A stretch of 33,442 bases of DNA from a virus (taxonomy: Duplodnaviria; Caudoviricetes), in the IMG/VR virus record IMGVR_UViG_3300005611_000113, positions 1 to 33,442 of that record. One strand, given 5' to 3'. The position numbers were made by a program, and so were the translations under genes. This document shows positions 9,327-17,118 of the stretch, one piece after another (the first letter of the stretch is position 1; each line of letters begins with the position of its first letter). The notes under the pieces were generated by a model. The model did not search any database. It saw only the letters and a program-made list of their open reading frames with translations, and had not been told where the DNA came from.

Positions 9327-10859
9327 TTATTCCTGTGGTTGCTGTGATGCTTGGTCAGCAGTGATCTTCATGACATCAGGCCCGAACTGCTGAATCATCT
9401 GGGCCTGCATGGCGGCTTGCCGCTCCTGTTGGATCTCCTCTTCCGACTTGATGAGACCATCGGTCACAAGACCTAGTGCCGTGGCTCGTCGGGACAGGTA
9501 GTCCCCAATGTTCATGTACTGCGCGAGGAGCTGCGGGCCAACCTGCTGCATCGCGCCGGCGATGAACTGGTCAAGGCGCATGAGGTCAGCTCCGCGCCCC
9601 AGAGCCTCCAGCCCCGTGACGATGCTCGGGTGGACGATGTCCTTGGGCAGCTGCGGAAGCCTTGCCTCTTTGGTCATGCGCTGAATGACCAATTGGACAA
9701 GAGGCAGTTGGAAGCTTGCACTCAAGGACGCATAGGCACCACTGAGCACGCTCTCGAGCTCCTCAGCCAGGATGCGCCACTCGGTTGCGGTGACGCGCTC
9801 TCCCTTGCGCTGGAGCTGGGTGTTCATCAGGAAGGCCAGCCCGAGACGCTCACGGATCTGAGCAGCCGTCTCGAACGTGATCCGCATGTCGGCAGCCTTG
9901 GAGCCCATGGTCACCATGGACACATCGCTGTCGCGGCCCTCACGGATGGCTCCGTTGGGCGAATCAGCCAGCACCCGTGCGCGAGTGGGTGACGCAGGGT
10001 CTACCAGCCACAGGCACTTCGAAGCCATGGCGCTCGCTTCCACCAGGGCTTGGCTGAGGCCCTCCAGGGACTTCAGGTCACCGAGGTACTGGGTGGCATA
10101 GCCATAGGCATAGGACTCACCGGAGACTTCCTCGAGGCGCAACGCCAGGTAGGGGAGGGTCCCCTCCTTGTACTCTCCACGGGTGCTCTCGACCACGGTG
10201 CCGAGCACCTCTTGGTGCACGCTGAACTTGGTGGAGTCCAGCCGGTAGATGCAGGTGTAGACATCCACCGGCTCCTCGGGGCCACGGTTCGGCGGGATCG
10301 CGTCGTGGAGCTCCTCGGGGAGCGAGGCGGGGGCAATCTGCTCCTTGATGATGAGCTTCTGCAAGGAGCCCATCGGGTCTCGCTTGACCACATAGCGGTC
10401 GAGCTTGAAGACTTGCATCCCACCCTTGGGCGGCATGTAGATCAGGGCGTTGCCCGCGATCACCAGCTGCTTGATCGCTTCGTGCAGCTGCGGCCTGTAG
10501 CCCTTGGACTCGACCTCAGCCATCACAGCCTGCTCAATCTTGTTGAGCGTGGTCTCCACCTCGGTGCGGATGGCCGGGTCACCCGTCACTTCCTCGAGCT
10601 TGTACGGATCCACCGTCAACTTGAAGAAGGGCGTGTTCGGCGGGTACAGCGCCATCAAGAGCTTGCTGCTCAAGCTGGCCACAGCCTGGGCACCTACGCT
10701 CTGGTAGGGCGTCGGGAGCTTGGTGGTCCCGGTGTACCCGTCTTCGGGCAGAAGGTGGGGGATCGTCAGGGCCGACACATCACGCGCCCGCGAGAGGTAG
10801 CCCTCGCGCTCGGCTGCGTGGCGTTCGTAGTAGGACGCTGCCGATCCTTCCGTGTGCAT
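9327..10859 (-). CDS. Portal (head-to-tail connector), T7 gp8-like
   Basis: 510 aa; LTIPHL, PYQSVGA..V.SLSSKL, YVVKRD..G, ERVTATE, TGLEALGRG. Confidence 0.96.
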   Translation of the reverse strand: MHTEGSAASYYERHAAEREGYLSRARDVSALTIPHLLPEDGYTGTTKLPTPYQSVGAQAVASLSSKLLMALYPPNTPFFKLTVDPYKLEEVTGDPAIRTEVETTLNKIEQAVMAEVESKGYRPQLHEAIKQLVIAGNALIYMPPKGGMQVFKLDRYVVKRDPMGSLQKLIIKEQIAPASLPEELHDAIPPNRGPEEPVDVYTCIYRLDSTKFSVHQEVLGTVVESTRGEYKEGTLPYLALRLEEVSGESYAYGYATQYLGDLKSLEGLSQALVEASAMASKCLWLVDPASPTRARVLADSPNGAIREGRDSDVSMVTMGSKAADMRITFETAAQIRERLGLAFLMNTQLQRKGERVTATEWRILAEELESVLSGAYASLSASFQLPLVQLVIQRMTKEARLPQLPKDIVHPSIVTGLEALGRGADLMRLDQFIAGAMQQVGPQLLAQYMNIGDYLSRRATALGLVTDGLIKSEEEIQQERQAAMQAQMIQQFGPDVMKITADQASQQPQE

Positions 10860-11038
10860 CAGACGTTGAGCGGGATACGGAGTTTGGACATCAGGGACTC
10901 CGAAGAACCACCGAAGCCAGGCATGCGGGCTTTCAGAGCATCAGAAGGCTGGAGCTGCTTGGCCGTGGGCTGCGGCGCAGGAGGCGCAGCGGCGGGCGGC
11001 GGCGGGACCGTGGGTGTCTTGATGCTCGGCATGCACAT
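10859..11038 (-). CDS. Small Pro-rich virion-associated protein (gp6.7/7.3 position)
   Basis: Likely start ATG 11038: MCMPSIKTPTVPPPPAAAPPAPQPTA...KLRIPL, immediately before the portal gene. Confidence 0.7.
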   Translation of the reverse strand: MCMPSIKTPTVPPPPAAAPPAPQPTAKQLQPSDALKARMPGFGGSSESLMSKLRIPLNV

Positions 11039-11040
11039 GG

Positions 11041-11241
11041 CTAGAGGCTCTCTTTTCGCTGTTGCTCGTACTCGGCCAGGAGCATCTCTACGACGGCACG
11101 CTGACCACATCGGAACCAGATCTCCCTGTCGGGCATGTCCAACCTTGGGCACTCGCTCGGGAACAACTCTTCGAGGCGTTCAAGTAGCGGTTTTGCAACG
11201 GCAGGGAATCTGGAATCCGCAAGGGAAGAGTCAGACGGCAT
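11041..11241 (-). CDS. Small phage protein (T7 gp6.5-like position)
   Basis: LLERLEELFP..CP......EIWFRCGQRAVVE pattern; lies between the exonuclease and portal genes. Confidence 0.65.
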   Translation of the reverse strand: MPSDSSLADSRFPAVAKPLLERLEELFPSECPRLDMPDREIWFRCGQRAVVEMLLAEYEQQRKESL

Positions 11242-11593
11242 CCTTGCCCTCCTTCTGGATGTACGCAGCTAGGAGCACGCAGTAGTTGATCGTGTCCAGC
11301 AGGGCATCCATGGCGCCTTCGTTAGGCACATTCAGCTTCCCATCGTTCACATAGGTGACCAGCCGGTTCAGCTTGTCGCCCATCCGCATCAGGATCCCGG
11401 ACTCGGTCGTGGCGATCCCCAAGGCCTCGGTGCTCTCGAAGTTCCTCCACGGTGTCTCGCCGGCAGCCCCGCCATAGTCGTGGTTCTTAACCTTGCAGAT
11501 GCAGTAAGCCCTGTAGCAGAACGCCAGGTGGAACTGGAGCAGTCGGTCGGTCGCGGTCGTCGGCGGGTCTACTTGTGCTTCTTCGGATCCCAT
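11231..11593 (-). CDS. Nucleotide-modification-associated domain 1 (DUF1599-like, all-alpha) protein
   Basis: KNHDYG...NF...GILMRMGDKLNRL...EGAMDALLDTINY motif pattern. Confidence 0.7.
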   Translation of the reverse strand: MGSEEAQVDPPTTATDRLLQFHLAFCYRAYCICKVKNHDYGGAAGETPWRNFESTEALGIATTESGILMRMGDKLNRLVTYVNDGKLNVPNEGAMDALLDTINYCVLLAAYIQKEGKDAV

Positions 11594-12342
11594 AGGGTGA
11601 TCTCCTGGGTCTTCTGGTCAAACAGGCGGGTGTTCAGGATCTTGACCAGGCGGGCCTGTAGCAGAGCCTCGGTCTCATTCAGTCCTCGGTTCTGGTAGGC
11701 ATCGACCACCTCTGACCAAGTGCCCTTCTGGAGCACAGCGGCTGCACCTTTCGGCCCACAGCCAGGGAGCCCTGGGATCCCGTCTGTGCTGTCTCCAGTC
11801 AGCGTCATCTCCAAGTGGCGCATGCGGGCGTAGGGGTGGGTGATCCGCTGCACGCCGAGCTCGGGCTTCATCGGCTTGTAGAGCGCACAGGCGATGGTCT
11901 CCAAGTCTTTGTCATCAGACACCAGGATCTTGGGGGCGGGTACGCTGTGGCTCGTAGCCAGCACACCGAGCACATCGTCTGCCTCCAGGCCAGGCCACTC
12001 GTAGGACTCCCACTGGGTCTGAGCCCAGGCCCTCAGCGGGCCGAATACGACGGGCTTGCGGCCCTTCTTGCGGTTGGCCTTGTAGGCCGGGTAGATCGCG
12101 TGCCGGAACGTCCGCTTGCTCGAGAGGCAGAGGATCGTGCGGACGCTGCCGAGCTGCTCCTCGAGGCCCTCGATGGCAGAGCGCAGCGTCTCTTTCGCCT
12201 CCTTGAGGTCAGCGTGCAGCGACCAGATCTCAGCCTCCTCGTCCCAGCAGATCTCCTCCTCGCACTTCACCGCTGCCTTGTGCAGCAGGATGTCCGCGTC
12301 GATCAGCAGGGTGTTCCGTTTCTTGCGGCGCCTAGTTGCCAT
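11569..12342 (-). CDS. 5'-3' exonuclease, T7 gp6-like
   Basis: LLIDADI, YKANRK, LEADDVLG, SDDKDL, GDSTDGIPGLPGCGPK. Confidence 0.94.
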   Translation of the reverse strand: MATRRRKKRNTLLIDADILLHKAAVKCEEEICWDEEAEIWSLHADLKEAKETLRSAIEGLEEQLGSVRTILCLSSKRTFRHAIYPAYKANRKKGRKPVVFGPLRAWAQTQWESYEWPGLEADDVLGVLATSHSVPAPKILVSDDKDLETIACALYKPMKPELGVQRITHPYARMRHLEMTLTGDSTDGIPGLPGCGPKGAAAVLQKGTWSEVVDAYQNRGLNETEALLQARLVKILNTRLFDQKTQEITLWDPKKHK

Positions 12343-12733
12343 AGTCCAGTCGTTTCATCTGTGTGAGCTGTGCAATCATTCCGTCTCGTTCGTGGCCAGG
12401 AGGAGTCTTGCGGATCTCGAAGATCAGCAGGGCCTGCACCCGCTTCTCCTGAAGGTGGTCGATGAGGTCTTCCAGTACACGGGTGGCAGCGTCCCCATAG
12501 ATGCGCCAGCGGAAGTAGTTCCTGTGCGCTGTGGACCTAGCGTCACACTCGGTGAAGGTGCCGCCATACAGCGACTCGAAGAGCTTCAGCGTGTAGGGGT
12601 AGGTGGAGGTGACCTCGAGCGTGGGGGATCCCTTGAAGCGGATGCACCCTTCGCCGTCCACATAGCCAGCGAGGTAGCCTCGTAGGTCGTCAGTGAGTTT
12701 CGGCCCAGGAGTTGCCAATAGATGTGTCTCCAT
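12332..12733 (-). CDS. Free-standing single-motif LAGLIDADG homing endonuclease
   Basis: YLAGYVDGEGCI motif, then a beta-strand region, YGG, and FRWRI...L.EK..QA. Nearest ATG is 12733, inside the end of the pol gene; start uncertain. Confidence 0.8.
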   Translation of the reverse strand: METHLLATPGPKLTDDLRGYLAGYVDGEGCIRFKGSPTLEVTSTYPYTLKLFESLYGGTFTECDARSTAHRNYFRWRIYGDAATRVLEDLIDHLQEKRVQALLIFEIRKTPPGHERDGMIAQLTQMKRLDYGN

Positions 12734-14423
12734 CAAGTCGGACCTTGAGACCGTAGAACTCACCAGCGACTCGGATAGCTGAAGGGGCCACCTCGGCCAC
12801 CATGTCCGCGTGCTCCTCCAGCACCTCGATCTGCCACTCATCGTGGAAGTGGCCAAGGACATGGAAGTCCACCTGCTGCCTCACGCCCTCGGCCTCGAGC
12901 ATGTCGCGGTGGATCAGCGCGGCCTTCTTGGCAACAGTCACCGTGGCGTTCTGAATCCACAGGTTGAGGCAACTGTGGGCTGAGCGTGGGTAGAGCTTGC
13001 GGCCATCGAGGCCGAGCAAGAAGCCGTTCTCCTTGGCCCGCTCCTGCACCATCTCCACCAGCTTCTGGAAGGCGGGGTGCGTCTTGTAGAACCGATAGCG
13101 GATCTCGGCCCCCTCGCGCCTGGAGCCACCCACTGCCTCACCTAGCATCTGGTCGCCTGCTCCGTAGATCAGAGCGAACTGCACGATCTTCGCCTGCGGC
13201 CTGGTGATCTTCAGGCGATCAGCGTTCTCTTGGTGCGGGTCACCTTCCTCGCACAGGCGAGCAAACTTCCCGTCGTCCCAGTAGGCCATCGCGTGCGCCA
13301 ACAGCCGCAGCTCGGCACCAGAGAGATCCGTGCCCACCAGCTTGTAACCCTCGGGCACAGTGAAGAGACCACGCATCTCCTTGCCGTACTCGCTGTGCGC
13401 GTTGGGGCACTGCGACAAGTTGGGTGAGTAGTGGGCCATCCGGTGAGACACCGTGGCACCGCAGGTGATGAACCTTCCGTGGATCTTGTCGTCGTCTTCG
13501 ACCAGCCCAAGCCAGGAGTGCTTGCCCTCGGCCAGCTGGCCCAGGCGCTTCTGGATCAGCAGGTATCGCTTGAGGGTCGCGGCCTCGTCAAAGCGCGGCT
13601 CGAGCTCCTCGAGGACAGTCTCGCTAATCTTGGGCTGCCCCTGGCTGGTGAACTCCTTCGGCTTCCACCCGCGCTCCGTGAATCGCTCTGCGATCTGCTG
13701 GCGGGAGCCGGGGTTGAAGGGGACCAGCTTGGTCTTGGTCTTGAGCACCACCTCTCTTGGGGGGAACAGCTCCTGCAAGGCAGCGTCCAGTTGGTCCTTC
13801 TCGCACAGTAGCTTGACGTACAGTCGGTCAGCCGTCTTGCGGTCGAAGGTCCACCCGTGGTGCGTGGCCAGTGACATCATCCCGTGGATGTCATGCTCCA
13901 TCTCCACCGCGACCTCGGGCAGCTCCTCCTCCTCGAGCTTCTGGTAGAGCCTGTGCGTCACCTCAACATCTCGGGCGCAGTAGCTCTCCATCTCCGGGGA
14001 CCACTTGACCCATGCGTTCTCATCCCCCTCCCCGTAGGAATACTTCGGGAACCCAAGGCGGACACCCCAGGCCTTCAGAGAGTGGGAGCCAAGAAGCTCG
14101 CGGGGGAAGTCCTTGCGCTTCCAGTCGAGGTCCTTGATGTGGGGGAACGCCAGCCGCGCCAGGACCAGGGTGTCGAGCACACGGCCACTCGGGCTGAACA
14201 ACGGATAGAGCCTCTCCAGCGCGGGCAAGTCGTAGTCCATCACGTTGTGACCCACCAGCAAGTCAGCCCGCTCTAGGTGTGTGAGGCCCTGGCGGAAGTT
14301 GCCCTGCTCATGGTTGTAGCTGAACTGGTTGCCCTCCCCATCCATGATGGAGATTTGGTGGCATACGGTGGGCTCGAGGCCATCGGTCTCGATGTCGAAG
14401 AACAGGATGCGGGCTTTGTCCAT
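12690..14423 (-). CDS. Family A DNA polymerase with 3'-5' exonuclease, T7 gp5-like
   Basis: ExoI FDIETDG, ExoII HNVMDYD, ExoIII YCARDV; motif A DLSGAELR, motif B RPQAKIVQFALIYG, motif C HDEWQ. Confidence 0.96.
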   Translation of the reverse strand: MDKARILFFDIETDGLEPTVCHQISIMDGEGNQFSYNHEQGNFRQGLTHLERADLLVGHNVMDYDLPALERLYPLFSPSGRVLDTLVLARLAFPHIKDLDWKRKDFPRELLGSHSLKAWGVRLGFPKYSYGEGDENAWVKWSPEMESYCARDVEVTHRLYQKLEEEELPEVAVEMEHDIHGMMSLATHHGWTFDRKTADRLYVKLLCEKDQLDAALQELFPPREVVLKTKTKLVPFNPGSRQQIAERFTERGWKPKEFTSQGQPKISETVLEELEPRFDEAATLKRYLLIQKRLGQLAEGKHSWLGLVEDDDKIHGRFITCGATVSHRMAHYSPNLSQCPNAHSEYGKEMRGLFTVPEGYKLVGTDLSGAELRLLAHAMAYWDDGKFARLCEEGDPHQENADRLKITRPQAKIVQFALIYGAGDQMLGEAVGGSRREGAEIRYRFYKTHPAFQKLVEMVQERAKENGFLLGLDGRKLYPRSAHSCLNLWIQNATVTVAKKAALIHRDMLEAEGVRQQVDFHVLGHFHDEWQIEVLEEHADMVAEVAPSAIRVAGEFYGLKVRLDGDTSIGNSWAETH

Positions 14424-16060
14424 TAGAAGGGAACCTCGTCGTCTGTGGTGCTGTGTGTGAAGGCAGGCTCAACCTCGGTGTGCCTGCCAGTGCGGGAGTC
14501 CCAGTGCAAATGGGTGGCGACACCCAGCTCCCCGCTGAACCTGTTCTTGAGGACGCGGACTGTCGTGGTGTCCGAGTCCTCGCCCATGGTGTCGCGGCTC
14601 AAGGCGAGGCAGGCATCGCTCAGCTGGCTGATGGCTTGGCTACCGCGGAGGTGGGAGAGCTCGATCTCGCCGCCACGCTCGGCGCTTTTGCCGTCAACTC
14701 GGCGCAAGTGGGAAACAAGGATCATCCCCACGCCCGTGGCCTCACAGACCTGGGAGCGCAGAGCTGTCATCACGTTGTCGATCAGGCGACGCTCGTCCCC
14801 GTCCCCCCATCCTGAGACCAAGATCGAGAGGTGGTCCACGAACAAGACATCCACCTTCTCTGCCACCCGCAGGTAGCGGCAGCGGGCGAGAAGGTTCTCG
14901 CTGCTCATCGAACCGAAGTGGTTGTAGACGAACAGCCTGTCCTTGAGCTCACGGTTGAACACCTCGCGGATCTCATCTTCGGAGACACCCGTGCGATCTA
15001 GGTGCAGGGGCTTCTCCATCAGCAGCCCGAGCAGCGAGAGGCCCGTGCGGGCCAGGCCCTCCTCGAGGGCGATATATCCAACGCGCAGCCCCTGGCGCAG
15101 CAGGTGCACCGCGAGGCTGCGGCAGAACTGGCTCTTGCCTACACCTGTGCCCGCGCAGACGGTGACCAGCTCACCAGCGCGGATGCCGTGCAGCTTGTCG
15201 TTCAGACCGTGCCACGGGTAGGGTGCCAGGCTCTCCGCGCCCTTGTCCTCTAGGATCGCCTCGAGGAGCTCGTCTCCCGTGACGATGCCATCAGGTCTGT
15301 AGGGCCTTGCCTCCCACCAGGCCTGCACCAGTTCCTCCTGCATACCCTTGGCCCAGGCATCGCAGACATCGTTGGCCCCCTCGGGCACCAGGACGATGCG
15401 GCACTTGCCAGGGGAGAACAGCTGAGCGATCTCCTCGGCAGCCTTGGCCCCGGCCTCGTCGCGGTCCATGCAGACCAGCACCTCGGTGAAGCTCTCGAAG
15501 AAGTCGATGTCTCGAGCCACGGCCTTGCGTCCACCCGAGGCCCCCGAAGGGAGGCTCACAGCAGGGTACTTCGGGAAGATGTCGAGCCACTTCAGGCAGT
15601 CCGTCTCACCCTCGAAGATGGTGATGCGCTTGCCGCCAGGCTTGTAGCGGTGCAACTGCCAGCAACTCAGGTGCGACCCGTTGCCCACCACGCTGAACCG
15701 CTTGCCCGGAGCCTTGACCTTCTGGGCAACAAGGTTGCCCTTGTCGTCACGGTAGTCCGCCACTTGCACCTGCTCACCGTGCTGCGTTGCGACCCCATAG
15801 CCAGCCATGCGGCAAGTCGCAGCCTTCACGCCTCGAGAGCGAAGGTCCATGGGCTGGTGCTCGATGAACCCAGCGGGCACCTTGGGGGCCTTAGGCTCAA
15901 GGGGCACTACGTCCCCTTGGCCGTCACCAGGGAAGTACTGCTCGCATGAGAAGCAGAAGCCGTGGCCGTCGTCGTAGCGGGCCAGGGCATCGGAGCTGCC
16001 GCAGGCAGAGCAGGGTTCGTGGGCAACGAAGCCCGCTTGGGCGTCGATCAGATCAGACAC
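14423..16060 (-). CDS. DNA primase-helicase, T7 gp4-like
   Basis: Likely GTG start 16060 with GAGG upstream; Zn finger CSACGSSD...CFSC; TOPRIM EGETD and DRD; Walker A GTGVGKS; VDHL, LRGS, LKNR. Confidence 0.95.
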   Translation of the reverse strand: MSDLIDAQAGFVAHEPCSACGSSDALARYDDGHGFCFSCEQYFPGDGQGDVVPLEPKAPKVPAGFIEHQPMDLRSRGVKAATCRMAGYGVATQHGEQVQVADYRDDKGNLVAQKVKAPGKRFSVVGNGSHLSCWQLHRYKPGGKRITIFEGETDCLKWLDIFPKYPAVSLPSGASGGRKAVARDIDFFESFTEVLVCMDRDEAGAKAAEEIAQLFSPGKCRIVLVPEGANDVCDAWAKGMQEELVQAWWEARPYRPDGIVTGDELLEAILEDKGAESLAPYPWHGLNDKLHGIRAGELVTVCAGTGVGKSQFCRSLAVHLLRQGLRVGYIALEEGLARTGLSLLGLLMEKPLHLDRTGVSEDEIREVFNRELKDRLFVYNHFGSMSSENLLARCRYLRVAEKVDVLFVDHLSILVSGWGDGDERRLIDNVMTALRSQVCEATGVGMILVSHLRRVDGKSAERGGEIELSHLRGSQAISQLSDACLALSRDTMGEDSDTTTVRVLKNRFSGELGVATHLHWDSRTGRHTEVEPAFTHSTTDDEVPF

Positions 16061-16440
16061 TTGATCGCTACCTCGATGTGCCCCTCGGCTCCTGGCTCGG
16101 CCCACTGTTTGTCGCTGTGACTGGCGACCACCTGGCAGTCGTCGAGCCACGCCTTTGCGTCGGTCAGGCTGTCCCACAAACTCTTCTCGTAGTTGTCGAT
16201 GTCACCACGGGGGTGCTGAAGTTTGGTCGTCTTCGGGCGCGTCACTCGGAACGAGGACCACACCACCACAGGGTTGTCGAGCGGTTGCGTCAGCCCGGCC
16301 TCCGTCAGCAGAGGGGGGAGCAGCTCGGACATCACCTTCTTCCACGCCTTGTACTTGGGCGGGTAGTAGGTCCACCCCTTGCTCGTCACTCGAGGGCGCG
16401 GGCAAGGGATGGGGGAGAGGGGGACAACCAGTCGGAACAC
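16048..16440 (-). CDS. rusA: RusA-family Holliday junction resolvase
   Basis: PRPR near the N-terminus, then DIDNYEKS..DSL.....DD.QV, the RusA catalytic DxDNxxK...D...DD signature. Confidence 0.85.
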   Translation of the reverse strand: MFRLVVPLSPIPCPRPRVTSKGWTYYPPKYKAWKKVMSELLPPLLTEAGLTQPLDNPVVVWSSFRVTRPKTTKLQHPRGDIDNYEKSLWDSLTDAKAWLDDCQVVASHSDKQWAEPGAEGHIEVAIKCLI

Positions 16441-17108
16441 TAGAAGTCGTAGTCGGCAGCGGTGGCGACCTCTTCGGCCTTGAACCCTTCGGTGGGGGAG
16501 AAGCCGAAGTCAGCAGCCTCCTGGCTGCCACCACCCACACCAGGCTCGCGGAGCTCGATGATCTGCACCGCGCTAAGGAGCAGCGTCATGTTCGCCACGC
16601 CGCTCGCGGTGTAGCCGTAGAAGGAACCCGCCAGCTTGCAGCGAGTGCCGAAGCCCACCGGGGGCACATCGCTCATCAGCGCACCCTGTGCGTCAAAGAT
16701 GCGCGGGCCCGCGGGCTCAAGGATCCCATCGCGGGTACGACGGAACGCCTTGGTGCCCGTCTTGAAGACAGCCTGGTCTTCCTCCAATGAGTCCAGCAGC
16801 TTGGCGACCGACTCGCCAATGTCGTCCCACCGCTCCGTGTCGTGCGTCAACCACTGCACATTCTTCTTCACGCGGCGCGGCTTCTTGCCACTGGCTGTGG
16901 TGACGATCTTGACCCACTCATCCATGGTGGACTCCACCTTGGCCAAGAAGCTCTTCGCCCCTTCACCGCTCAGCAGGATCGAAGCCTTGTACTTCTGCTT
17001 CTCAGGCTCCGGCTGGAACTTGCTGTCGGGCTCGTTGAGGTACAGCGGGGAAACGAGGCGACCCTCGGGTGTAGTGAACTGCCCAAGGGCTCTGCGAAGA
17101 TCAGACAT
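16440..17108 (-). CDS. Single-stranded DNA-binding protein, T7 gp2.5-like
   Basis: FTTPEG...YLNEPDSKF, G.GT..K, L.AVQIIEL and an acidic C-terminus ending in F (DYDF). Confidence 0.9.
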   Translation of the reverse strand: MSDLRRALGQFTTPEGRLVSPLYLNEPDSKFQPEPEKQKYKASILLSGEGAKSFLAKVESTMDEWVKIVTTASGKKPRRVKKNVQWLTHDTERWDDIGESVAKLLDSLEEDQAVFKTGTKAFRRTRDGILEPAGPRIFDAQGALMSDVPPVGFGTRCKLAGSFYGYTASGVANMTLLLSAVQIIELREPGVGGGSQEAADFGFSPTEGFKAEEVATAADYDF

Positions 17109-17118
17109 TCAGGTGCTC

